From positions 24,309,538 to 24,373,537 of the forward strand of contig OZ316895.1 in NCBI GenBank assembly GCA_973895155.1: DNA of 64,000 nt, in the 5' to 3' direction. The DNA is from Marsupella aquatica. Lineage: Eukaryota > Plantae > Marchantiophyta. The translations under genes were made by a program, and so were the position numbers. The stretch's first letter is position 1; every line of letters begins with the position of its first letter. Below the pieces are notes generated by a model that was given only the letters and a program-made list of their open reading frames with translations, ran no database searches and was not told where the DNA came from. Positions 33,765 to 45,963 of this stretch are shown here, piece by piece.

Positions 33765-33834
33765 TAGAGAGACCTGCAGGGTCGACTACACTAACTTAAT
33801 AGAGAGACCTGCAGGGTCGACTAGACTAACTTAA
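33765..33834. repeat. Tandem duplication, 35 bp x 2
   Basis: TAGAGAGACCTGCAGGGTCGACTA(C/G)ACTAACTTAA twice. Confidence 0.95.
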
Positions 33835-34735
33835 GCTGCTGACGTAGGTAGACATGAGGCTTGAAATATCTCAACTTAACCTGCCTAATAGACAATAAGC
33901 TTGACATATATTTTAAGCTGCCTACATAGACACGAAGCTTGAATAGGTTGTTTTGGTGTACTTTAAAGGTACAGTAGCTTGGAGCTAGACTACCGTAGCC
34001 ATTTGACTACCTTGTCTAGCAGAGACAGGTCTGCCATAGTCCTTTATTTGTCAGTGTAGCTCCCAGGCATAGTTTGTTAATTAGTATTGTGGCTAGTCGA
34101 TATCGCCATTGCGATCTTCTGGTGAAGTTCCCTGATTGTAAACCATGTCGTAGACAGCTGGATTCCATGCTCTGGAATGGGAGATTTCGTAATTACGGAT
34201 ACAGAACGAATTCAGTTCAGTAGGCATTGGTCCCCTGGCTCTTGGAAAGTACATCCACGCTTTATGGCAGTCGACATACATGTTTTCAATGGTGGCTACG
34301 TTTGGGTTTCTAGATCTCTGAACTTGTCGCGAGTTTGTCAGTCATTCCATCCTCAGCCACAGGACAACCTCTCTATCCATATGTACTTTCAAGCTTACAA
34401 TGTGAATCTCAATATGTGTGGGGTGTTGCTCCAACAAAAACGATGACACTTCAAATGACTGTTGCAGTTCGGAGCATCTAGACATAACATGCCAGACTTC
34501 TGCTCCCCTCAAAAAATTGATTGCGCATATACATTGTACAAGGAGCCTACAGTCGGCGAATCATATTGAATGCTCTCATACATTGCAAGTAGTGGCCGCA
34601 CAGCAGCAATCGGATCATTTCAGAGTCCGCGAATTCGGGGACCCCGAAGTAAGCCCACTGCACAGTCTTCGTCGTACAGTAGAGTTGAATCCTGCACGGA
34701 CATTAAAAGGGCGCAAAATAAGGTGGTCTCACCTT

Positions 34736-36157
34736 TCAAGATGGAATAGATTCTACGAGATCATCCAGTGCCTTCTTGCTGGGTCCTCCATCTGCTACAG
34801 CTGCTTCGGCTTTCTTCTTCAGCTCCTCAACTCGTGCCCTCAAAGGGTTTCCCTCCTCTGACAGTAGAAGCCTCACTGCCTTCTCGAGATTCACAAAATT
34901 CTTACCGGCATCTTCGTTTCTCACTTCGACTGCAACCTTCAGCTCGTCCACCAGGTGCTTGCAATTTATGAACTGATCGTTTGATATCTGAGGCCAAGCT
35001 GCCATTGGCACGCCCGCAGTAATGCTTTCGATGATAGAATTCCATCCACAGTGCGTCACAAAGCCTCCAATAGCAGAGTGTTGTAAAATCTGTAGCTGTG
35101 GCACCCAGCCAGCCACCACTAATCCTTTTTCTTTCGTTCGTGCTTCGAAACCGGGGGGAATTAAATCCGCAACACCTCGAGAAACCACCCACAGAAAACT
35201 TTGCTCACTAGCCTCGAGAGCTAGAGCTAACTCCTCTACCTGATGAGGGAATAAACGCGCTATACTACCAATGCAGATGTAGACCACCGATAGAGGTGGC
35301 CGTCCATCGAGCCATCTTAAAGAATCACCTCCACTGCTTTTCAAGTCCACAAGGGACCGATCCTTGAAGGTGACAGCATTTGAAATGGGTCCAACGAGAT
35401 ATAATTTCGGGATCTTCGCTAGAGAACTATCTTTCCAACTCTCTTGTAGCGCCTCGATCTGTGGGGATTCCAAGTCGTAAAAGGAGTTCACGATCAAGCC
35501 ATCAGCTTTGTTTACGTTGATCCCTATACCAAGGTCGTTGACGACCGACACTTTCTTGAAATCCATCGGAGGAGGTCTTATCATATCTCGATACTCTAGT
35601 GGTGGAAGACCCTGTATATGCAAATGGCCCTCAAATTCTTCCAAGTATGGGGACCCCCCTGGCCCTTCTTTGATGGTCAAGGTACCATCAGCATACAGCG
35701 GTACTTGTGCTTGTAGTGCTCTCACGTAGGTCGTTCCACAGCTCCAGAACTGGAAAAAAGGAACGCCCAACTCCTTTGCTGCATCGGAGGCCCATATCAG
35801 GAACCTGTCCCCGATGAGGCAGGTAGGACCAGGAAGTCCTGCCTTCTTGTCCGCGACCAGCTTGTCAAGGATAGGCTGAAAGCGGGGCTTTGAAGCTGGT
35901 AGGAACTCGAGAATGTCCAACAGGGGGTCTCCAACGGACACAAAATTTTCTGACCCGTAGTCCTGGTAAGACACCAGATTGAAGTCCAGCCCTTGCAGTT
36001 CTTCGAAAGTCTTCAGGAGTGCGATTTCCCTTCCGAGACTCACGAAAGTGATAGTGACACCTTTCTTCGCCAGATCGACAGAATGCCTGTATAAGCCGAG
36101 GAAGTGGGCCTGCAGGCACACTGGTATCACCAACGCATGCTTCTTAATAATACCCAT
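34736..36157 (-). CDS. UDP-glycosyltransferase (GT1 family), copy A, 473 aa, intronless
   Basis: N-terminal catalytic His (QAH), IGDRF acidic residue, WLD..PP.SVVYIC.GS, PSPG box WVPQLQILQH...THCGWNS...GVPM.AWPQISNDQ. Confidence 0.95.
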   Translation of the reverse strand: MGIIKKHALVIPVCLQAHFLGLYRHSVDLAKKGVTITFVSLGREIALLKTFEELQGLDFNLVSYQDYGSENFVSVGDPLLDILEFLPASKPRFQPILDKLVADKKAGLPGPTCLIGDRFLIWASDAAKELGVPFFQFWSCGTTYVRALQAQVPLYADGTLTIKEGPGGSPYLEEFEGHLHIQGLPPLEYRDMIRPPPMDFKKVSVVNDLGIGINVNKADGLIVNSFYDLESPQIEALQESWKDSSLAKIPKLYLVGPISNAVTFKDRSLVDLKSSGGDSLRWLDGRPPLSVVYICIGSIARLFPHQVEELALALEASEQSFLWVVSRGVADLIPPGFEARTKEKGLVVAGWVPQLQILQHSAIGGFVTHCGWNSIIESITAGVPMAAWPQISNDQFINCKHLVDELKVAVEVRNEDAGKNFVNLEKAVRLLLSEEGNPLRARVEELKKKAEAAVADGGPSKKALDDLVESIPS

Positions 36158-36858
36158 GTCGATCTGGAACGAGCTATTCCGCTGCTTCTTGGGCCAGGTC
36201 GGAGGTCTATTCTTCCTGCTCGATCTGACTGCTGCTTCGGAGCAAATATGGTGAACACAGTGAGCAATTCTACTCGTCCATACACACTATTCAAGCGGTC
36301 TCAACCAAACGAGCAATTCCACACAGAATATAAACGGTCTCAGTGAACTACATCTAGAATTGTCTGAAAGAATTGTGATGGACATTCCAATTTTCTCGCG
36401 GGGAAGCATGCTGATCGCGTTCTTCGTTTCTATTGACAGTCATAAATGATGAGGTGGGTCTTCGCGGAAGACTAGGAACAGAAAATGATGACAACGAATG
36501 AGTATCGCCTCAAGCTTTTCAAGCTGTTTGTCTTTTAATAAAAACATTATGGCAAACAGGCACGGCTAGGAGCCTAGGACTCTAGGAGGGGGTATTTTTT
36601 ATGGTTTTTACTTTTTCGCCAGACTGGCCAGTGTCGGACTCTGTGGGGAGTAGACGCTAGGGGGGGCTATTGGCTGTGTGACCTCCCTAGATTTATGGAT
36701 AACCCTCAGATTTCTTGCAAATGGGATCTGACACTAGGTGGGAGCTAATGGGATACAAATAATCTAAAATGGGATACAAAGCATCTAAAAACTTAGCTGC
36801 CGTGTGCTCCTTGTGGTCGTGCCATCGGAGATTGGGAGAATGGGAGGGGTACACTGCA

Positions 36859-37060
36859 ATTATTAAAGTAGTCTTAAAGAGCCCATATCAGAATGCCTGA
36901 CAATAGTTGAACATAAAGAGGCAGCACCATCAAGTGCACGGTGCTAGGTGGCACGTACATGGTGTGGTGCACTGTGCTAGGTGGCATTATTAAAGTAGCC
37001 TTAAAGAGCCCAAATCAGATTAGTTGACCATAGTTGAACATAAAGAGGCAGCAACATCAG
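36859..37060. repeat. Direct repeat, ~127-bp period
   Basis: ATTATTAAAGTAG.CTTAAAGAGCCCA.ATCAGA...ATAGTTGAACATAAAGAGGCAGCA.CATCA twice. Confidence 0.85.
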
Positions 37061-37498
37061 AGGTGTATGACTCACTTTTATGAGTCACCTTTTTTGCAAT
37101 TAATGTTGTCTTGTAATTGGGTGAAACAATTTTAAGTCTCACTAGGTGCTAGTGAACCCCAAATTCTAAGGGTCACTAGGTGCTAGTGAACCCCTCCTTT
37201 TGGGGAGTATGTGTGTTAACTGTGGGGTGGAATTAAAAAAAATACTAATGTCACTAGAGACCTCTGGACCCCACTTTTAGGGGGATGTGTGTTAAAAAGG
37301 AATACAACACAGGCGAGATATGAACCCATAACCTCTCTCGCCACACTCTCGCCGTCTACCATCAGGACATGGCCTGCTGGGTGTTAACATTGGCGCATTT
37401 GATGTGTTTAGCTTCATTCTATGCGTAGCTAACCTGCACCCAATGGCTACCGGCAGAGACCGCCTGCACAACGGACAACATTCAATTTGACTCCCGTG

Positions 37499-37787
37499 TG
37501 TTGGGGATACTTCCTATCCCGAGACACTATGCACATGTGAACACCATACAAATTAGTCGACACGTGGTTCACCTCACGACTGAGGCTACGTTCACGGGAA
37601 AGCAAGAGACCTTTACTTCTCTCTTGCCCACTCCAACAATGAATTGAAGATCCACCAGGGGCTGGCATTAGCCCTGGTTATATGCAGCATGCATCACTGC
37701 TAACCTCAGCTAAGTCCTAACCTGAGTTAGCAGCCTAACTGTGCGCGGTTAGCTATAGAGTCACAAGACTAAGAGCAATACTCAACA
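37499..37787 (-). mobile_element. Diverged solo LTR of the same lineage, inverted
   Basis: The minus strand begins TGTTGAGTATTGCTCTTAGTCTTGTGACTC, like the other two. TG...CA termini and flanks CCGTG/CCGTC. Confidence 0.7.
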
Positions 37788-38936
37788 CCGTCACCTATAG
37801 AAGTAAATGGTGCTAGGTACTTGGCATGTGCAAAAGGTGTGGTGTACTGTGCTAGGTGGCAAGTGCATAAAGTGTACTCTACTAGGTGATTAGTGCCATA
37901 CCACCATACAATAGCACATTAAATCTATCTCGGGGGCCTCAATCCAAGGGGTGTCCCATATCAGGCTCGAAGTTTTGGGGGAATAAACACCCTAAAAGTT
38001 AAGTCAATAAAATTTTTTTGGAATTTTTTTACCCCTAACTTAATAGAATATTCCAAGAATATCCTCATATTTGATTTTAAAAACCCTATGATTCTTATAA
38101 TTCTCAAAATTGGATTAAAATAACCCTAATGTTCTTCAACAAAAATTTAAAAGTATTTCACTAAACTCAATAAAAAAACCCTATACTTATTCGCGGGTGA
38201 TGGGTTGAAAGAAAAGAAGTGAGGACCCCGGGAAATCTATGTCAGTTGTATTTCCATAACATAAACCAAGACACATGTCATTGAAATCTTGTAGATATAA
38301 ATATAGTGTATTGGTTTATGTTCTGGAGTATGAACCGCATTAACACTATTTAACACATGGTGGTAAATGCACATGAAAACAACAACATGGCATCTGTCCA
38401 TAGGCTGGAGGGATTTCACTACCACAATAAACCAGTGGTTGCCGTATACAACTTACTATGGTAGTGTTGTTCCGTTCACTTATCTGGCTGCTGCTGCTTA
38501 TTTGCCAACAGCCAGATAAGTATAAGGAACAGCACTTAGCTCTGAGGATCCCAATAATCTGTACATTACTGGGATGTACAACACTGGGTGGACCCCAGGG
38601 TAGAAAGGGAACTAGTGAAAGGACCTCATGTATGCCATGGGCATGAGTACTGGGGAGGAATGAACTCCAAGTTCAAGGAGGTGCAAGAAATTATGTCCAA
38701 ACGCTGGGGACAAAAGGTAATCTTGAGGCAATTAATGAGCCTTCCACACTCGGCCAGGCCTCTACCTATGCCCCATTGTCTCCAATTTTTGCTAGCTGTA
38801 ATTAGCCTCAAATGAACCCCAGTTTTGTATAAGATGTGTAAAAGCTTTTATATGCCTTGGCCACTAGCAAAATTCGAGCCCAAGACTTACCTGGTCGGCA
38901 CAACTCACCTGCTCTGACTAGCACTAACCCAAGGTC

Positions 38937-39280
38937 TGTTAAGGATTGCTCTTAGTCTTGTGACTCAAAGGTTACTGCACTTAGGCCGGGACTTAGGCTA
39001 ACCACAGTTAGGGTCTTGGCTGAGGTTAGGTTAGTCGTGTGTGACCTTGTATATACCAGGGCTAGTGTAAGCCGTTGGTGAGTGGTGCTTACTCATTGTA
39101 ACAGAGCAACAAGAGGAAGAGAGAGAGCATGTGTGTTCGTCTACTCTTGATGTAAAGCTTGAGTGTTCGTGTGGACGTAGCCTTGGAGAAGAGGTAAACC
39201 ACGTAGAGATTATGTCGACTACGTGTGCATGGAATGAGTCATGGTTGTATGGTTGTTGCGAATGACGTCTTAGTTCAACA
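38937..39280 (+). mobile_element. Solo LTR (344 bp)
   Basis: TGTTAA...TTCAACA termini, perfect 5-bp TSD AGGTC on both sides, close copy at 54721-55064. Confidence 0.88.
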
Positions 39281-41981
39281 AGGTCCCACCCAAGGTGTGA
39301 TTGATGTGTGGACGACTGCAAAACTAAGTATTTAACCCAATACTAGGGTTAGGCAAAGGCAGGCAGCGGGCAACAAACTCCCTAATCAGTCGGGCTAACC
39401 AACACTGACTAGCCTCAAGGTTAACTCTCATCCCTAATGTCCTTGTCATGTGTCAAGACCAAAATAATAAAGTGAGGTTCAAAAAGGGGAGAGCAAATCC
39501 AAAGACTAGAGTACAGTGGTTTTTGTTCATTCTCTGAAACAATTTTGGGTTGAACCTGATAGTAACACTAGGCGTGGGAGCAGGCTTGGGAGGATAAAGT
39601 CTACCATTCCATTGTGCTCTTCTGAATTCTTTACTTTAATGAGTTTAATAGACTTGTAGGGGATTTTATATCCATTTACAATGAGTTAAACTAAAACATT
39701 AAGGGGGTCATTATAAACCTACAAAAATAATGTTCTAAAACATTAAAAGGGGTTACAGGGTACTGGAAACCTGACAAAACAACAAAGAAAACACAATCAT
39801 AAAATGAATACAGAATTACATAGTTATAAAGTAATAGAAAATCAGAATGAAGCTTTCTTATCACAACACAAGACAATCTACTTTACTTTCTTTTGCGGGA
39901 TCCACGTGTAGTATTCCCTCTTTGGACCTCTTTTGCTTTCCCTTCATTGTAGGTCCGTCATTTGTTTGTTCCTTTATTATGGTCCTTATTCCCCTTTTTT
40001 GTTATCTGAAAGCAATTTGTTTTACATATATGTAGATAACATCGTAAACTTCTCTTTAGAGTTCCCTACAATGGCATTGGTTGGGGTTGGGTTGAGGATG
40101 AGGTCCCTTGGGTTGGCTGCTTGGGATGAGTTCTTGTGTAACTTGATTTCCTTCAGTGAGAACTTTGAAGGGGCAGGGTAGAGTTACGTTGGGGGGGGGG
40201 GGGACTCTGCTTTGGCAGCATGTATTTTTGGAGTTTGCCACAATGAGTTTATGAGTTTCTCCCATCATTCTCCCCTGGGCGCAATATTTGCCATCACACG
40301 CGATTTATTTTCAAGGCCATTTGTCTCGAGCTGAATTGTTTGCAAACTGTGTGGTTCGTCCCTGCTTTTGGTACTGTTATTTGCTCAATCTGATCTTTCC
40401 CTTCATTATCTCCTCCTCGTTAGCCTATAACTGGTCATACCAAGGTGTAACTCTCTCCTGGGAAAAGCAAGGAACTCAAGCCCCCAGTGGCAACAAATTG
40501 TTACCAAGCAAATCCCAAATTGCCAGCTTCCCTTAGTTTGTAGTTTGCATGCATACTTGCCACACAAATTTTGCATCGGCCTACTCAATTTGCCAAGTTT
40601 GCATCCACATTCCATCTTATTTTCAATGGGACTACTTTTTAGCTTCCCAATCATTAGATCCGTTACTAGATCCCAGCAGCACAGTCATGGTAACAAAAAA
40701 GGAATAGCAATAGTAGGCGGCTATGGTGATGGTGAAATTGGAGTCCCAAGAATTGTTTATTCAATCATCTTTCAAGAATTGTTTAAATTAATTTCTCTCA
40801 TTCATTCAGAAGAATTCGAATATTTTGGATATTCATGAAAATCAAAAAAATTATTTGAAACCTATTGATTAACATGTTTTCCTACACAAAATTTTGCCCA
40901 TTCAGTTATTTTTATGTTGAAACTAAATCCACTGGGGACAAGATTATAAAAGACTTAATTTCATAATTTTCATTGGATGAAATCCATATGATACCTTGAT
41001 GCCTGCAAATCATCCAGAATGTGTGAATTAAGTCCTAGGTAATCTTCCAAGTAAGTGGCGTTTGAAGATTGTCTGATTCTAGAACCGTCGGCATAATTGT
41101 CAAAGCTAAGTACACTACGAGCTAGCAGAGAGGCTGAAAGCTCCTAACTTGAGTAGAGAGGTTACTACTCCACACTCTCTTCGAAAACTGCGAAGGACCC
41201 TGGCGAGAAAACGAAGGAATTGGTTAACAGTTTGATCAGTGCCAATATTCGAATCCGGAGGCCTTCGAAGCCCAAAACACTAAAACTTTTTACAGAAAAC
41301 AAAAATCTACACTCAAAACACATTGATAAAACTCTCAGAGGTAGATAACTAAAGGTTCAGTCTTTTTCTATTAGAGGAAACTTTCATTTGTAATGAGCCC
41401 GAAACATGAACCGAGAAATTGCATGGCGGATGTCTTCACCTGGCTTCTGTGAAAGTATGAAAGCCCATGTCCATGAGAAGGCAACCCCTGGCGCGATCAT
41501 GCAATATCCTTGTCTTCCAATCGAAACAAGGAGATATGATAGTATCGAATTTTGTTTCTGATACATGTCATGCCAAAACTTCATTTCGCACATCTGTTAC
41601 TGTCAAGAAGCAAGCCACAAAGCTTTTCTGTTATATGCTATCCAGCGAACCTACAAATTCCATGTTTTTCAACACTGAACAGAACAACGATTTTCTTCCC
41701 AATTGTCTGTCAGTGAGAGTACCTGAAGAATTGGGAATGTCTTTCTCGCAAAATGAGTGAATCCATGAAACAATGTTTCACCCTAGTCAGGATGAATTAC
41801 AACGCCATGTCAAATTTCCTGTCACAGAACTGCCATCGCCGTGGGCTATCCTCTTGAAAACAATGCTTCTTGTCTGTATAACCTTCCCGAAAATTCCCGC
41901 AAATTGGCAGATTATATTGGGCTGCCAGTGAGAACTGTTTAGAGCCACTTTCCAGCCAGCACAACACAGCTTTCAATCTGT

Positions 41982-44900
41982 TCACCAGTAATCACCACAA
42001 GAACACAAACCATCTTTGAAATGGTGAAAGCGATTGGTATCCCTTGCTATAATCTCGCGTCCTGTCACCTTAGAGATAAGCTTGGTTGCGGTATGGCAAT
42101 CTGAACACACCCGAAGGTTCTTCCTTACACGAATTGGTTCTCCTCGACGTATGTGCATAAGTCCGTAAGCAATGGCCAACTTCTCACTGTGGGAGAAAAG
42201 AGCAACTTCTTTATCCTCCTCATTGATATCATGCAACACAAGCCGGGTATGCGGAATGTAGCCTTCAGCCTTCAGTTTTTGAGTCAGTTTATTGAGCTCA
42301 GTATATATCGCCTTCGCTTCTGGGTGAGATGTATCCCCTACAACAAATTCATGGATTTTGTTATCAACTTCAATCGAGCTACGCCCTGGCTCCTTCCGAA
42401 CACCTCTCGTGACCATCATAGTGCGCACCAACGAAACCTTCTCCCATTTGCCAGCTGCCGCATAGATGTTTGAAAGAAGCACATATGTAGAGGCCGTACT
42501 GGGCTCCAACTTGAAAAGCTCGTTAGCTGCAAGTTCGCCCAACTCCACATTACCGTAACTTCTACAAGCCCCAAGCAAAGCTGTCCAAGTTATTAGAACT
42601 GGCTCAACCGGCATTTCACTAATGAACCGCTTTGCTTCCTCCAAGTGTCCCGCCCGCCCAAGAAGATCCACCATGCAGGTATAATGCACAATGTCGGGCT
42701 CGATGCCATAATCTTGCGTCATAGCTGAAAAGAGGTTACGACCGGCGTCAAGAAGGCCTCCATGAGAGCAAGCTGACAAAACTGCCACGAATGAATACCT
42801 GTCGGGCTTCACACCGTCTGCATTCATTTTTCTGAAAAGTGCCAGCGCTTCATGCCCACATCCATGTTGTGCAAGTCCACCGATCATTGCATTCCATGTG
42901 ACGACGTCGAGTTTCTCCATTCTGTCAAAAACTCGTCGGGCGTCATCGATACTGCCACTCTCTGCATACATGTGAATCAGTGCATTGCCCACACGCGAAT
43001 CTGACTCCAGTCCCGCTTGGCTAGCTTGGACATGAACTTCCTTCACCCACTCCAAAGCCCCCGCACTTGCAGATGCATTCAGGATGCTCATATACGTGAT
43101 TGCATCTGGTTCGAAGCCTGACCGTCGCATTTGGAGAAACAGTTGATATGCTTCATGCCCACATCCATGGTGTGCAAGTCCACCTATCATGGTAGTCCAT
43201 GTCACTGCATTACGTTTCTCCATTGTGTCAAAAACTCGTCGGGCCAAATCTATACTGCCACTCTCTGCATACATGTGAACCAGTGCATTGGCCACACGAA
43301 GGTCTGACTCTAGTCCGGCTTTGGTGGCATGGCTATGAACCTCCTTGACCCACTCCAAAGCCCCCGCACTTGCAGATGCATTGAGCATACTCGCATAAGT
43401 GAATGCATCTGGTTCGAAGCCTTCCCGTTGCATTTGGAGGAACAGCCGATATGCTTCATGCCCACATCCATGTTGTGCAAGTCCACCGATCATTGCAGTC
43501 CATGTGACTACATCGCGTTTCTCCATTCTCCCAAAAACTAGTCGGGCTTCATCTATACTGCCACTCTTTGCATATATGTGAACCAGTGCAGTGCCTACAC
43601 GCAAATTCGACTCCAGTCCCGCTTTGATAGCATGGCCATGAACCTCCTTGACCCACTCCAAAGGTCCCGCACTTGCAGATGCATTCAGCATGCTAGTATA
43701 AGTGAATGCATCCGGTTCGAAGCCTTCCCGTCTCATTTGGAGGAACAGTTGATATGCTTCCACACAATGACCACGTTCTGCGTAGGCTCCAATCATCACA
43801 TTCCATGTAATGACATTTCGATTGGTCAAATTTTCGAAAACTGGTCTTGCCTCCGTTAAGCACCCACACTCTGCATACATCTTGAGGAGGGCAGTCCCAA
43901 CACGAACATCCAATTCAAAGCCGGAATTTCGAATACATTCATGAACTTCTTTTCCACATTTGAGAGATAATGGGCTGGTAAATGCCTTCAGGATGCTCAA
44001 ATATGTGATCTCATCAGGCCGCAGACCTTCTTGGCGCAATTGATTGAAAACTTCAAATGCGGATTCAGTATGACCATACTTTGCATATCCTGCAATCATC
44101 CTGGTCCATATAATAACACTCTTCTTCTCAAGCTCATCGAAAACTCGCCGTGCCTCCAACAATTGGCCGCATTGGATGTACATATTCACGAGGGAGCTCG
44201 CCACATGTGGATTCTTATCCATTCCACTCTGAATGACGCAGTCATGAACCTGCTTGGCCGTTAAAAGGTCTTTCTGCTTCGAACACCTTCTCAGAACATC
44301 AACATACATGTACGAGTCAACAGTAATACCTCGTTGTAGCCGATTCCTCAAAATAGCAATTGCTTCCCTCGTGGTACCAGCGCCATGCATGTGAGTATGG
44401 CCATTTCGTTGTGCAGTGTCTCGAGACCAATCTCTGCTGCCAAAACTGGCACGAGGTTGCAATCTGCGTGCTGGAGTTGACCCGCCATCCATCCAAAGTG
44501 CTTTCCTGGGCAGCTCCTCGGTTCTCAGGTCTGGTCTTACTGAATTCTCAGTCAACCCTTCTTCGGAGGTAGCTAAAACTTCCCCCCCTTCCTCTCTGGA
44601 TAGAGGTTGCGACTCTCGAATCTCCAGCACAGCGTTCGCAGTTACACTTCTGGTTAAACTCGCTTTTATGTAACCTACTCGTTCGAGTTCGACTTTCAAG
44701 CTGTCAGTGTTCCGTTGACGTGATTCAACCCCACCAACGACTTCATGTGACACATTTTTCGATTTCACTCTGGCTTCGATCTGCTTACCGGAATTCGGAT
44801 TTGAGTCTGAGCTCCTTGGAAAAATTTCTTTACCATGCATGTAGTTCGTTTCAAATCTTGGACCAGGTTGCGCTTTAGTTGGACTTGGGGCTCGCTGATG

Positions 44901-45963
44901 AGGTGCACTCTTTTCCGCTCGCCATGACCTTCTATGCTCTGAGATGGAGGTGACTGTGGGTACTGGCTTAGATCTTGCTTTCGGACCCGGTTGGACAACT
45001 TCGAGCGGTGATGATGAAGTACTTTGCTCCAAATTCCTAGCAGCATTCAACTCCCGGGTCTTGCTCTGCTCTACACTTGCGGAAGGGAATCGAGGCTCAA
45101 GTGCGGTAGGGAGCTGGGTGGCTAATGAGGGATAATTTCCTGGGGGTTGATGAGATTCGTCAAACGGTCTACTGAAAGATTGTACAGCCACAGTGCTCTT
45201 CGGTTCCTGGCTGGGATAGAAGCTGAATGCGTCCTTCAACTTTTCCTTCCGCCATGGCGTCTTTTGCTTCAGTGCCCTGGCATCTCCATGAAAAGAAGAT
45301 GGGAAATGCTTCACCCAAAAACTTCCAGTTTGGACTTTACTATCCAGAAGAAGCAGATGCTGCAGCTGATGCCTGAAAGAATTGAAGAAATGTAGTTTGC
45401 AAGTTAGAGGGATGGAAAGTGATAGGCAGTGCTCTAGAATCTAAAGAAGTGACCAAGGAATGTGTGCATTGGAGGCACTTTTTTAGAAGCGAATCTGGGG
45501 GAAGGGAAGGGAAGGAAAGTAAAGGAAAGGAAAGGCGAAGAAAGTCCTCCATTGAGCTCAACATAAGAGGGCTTATCCCCAGTATTAGCCTATGTCGAAT
45601 CAATTTAGAGGAACCTCCCAGTGAATAACAATGACTGAAGGATTGAAACAGACGACCATTTATGGACTTCAACGGATGCAGAAAATTTGCAAGTATAGCA
45701 AAAGAATGATAAGAAATAAAATATAAACGACGATCACAACGAGCAGAAAATAGGGAAGAAACAACGAATGTAGGTAAGAACCTTGCTATCGACTTGACGG
45801 AATGCGAGGAATACTGGCGAACCCGTCGGGAGGGCTGGAAGTGGGAAGAGAGGATGGTGGTGCAAGGCGTGGAGGCAGACGAATTAAGGTGCGGGACCTG
45901 CTGCCGCTGTGGCAGACTCTGCACCGGCAGGATTAGGCTGCTCCCTTCCATCACTTTACTCAT
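41982..45963 (-). CDS. PLS-class PPR protein with E1/E2/DYW deaminase domain (organellar C-to-U RNA editing factor), about 1190 aa; exon 1 45963-45782, exon 2 45372-41982
   Basis: 17 L/S/P motifs, PG box, HSEKLA, CSDCH, C-terminal CSCGDYW. The listed 1110-aa ORF begins at GTG. A GT-AG intron at 45781-45373 (AAG|GTTCTT...TTTCAG|G) joins an upstream ATG exon in frame, giving a Ser-rich transit-peptide-like N-terminus. Confidence 0.93.

Noticed and set aside
34418-35729. Plus-strand ORFs overlapping the UGTs (also at 48421-49903 and 57940-59604) and the PPR gene
   Set aside because: Antisense shadows of real coding sequence. They recur only because the sense genes are paralogous.
41380-41600. 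DWKTRILHDRARG resembling a receptor-kinase segment
   Set aside because: Too short, no other kinase subdomains nearby, and it lies in the probable PPR 3' region.
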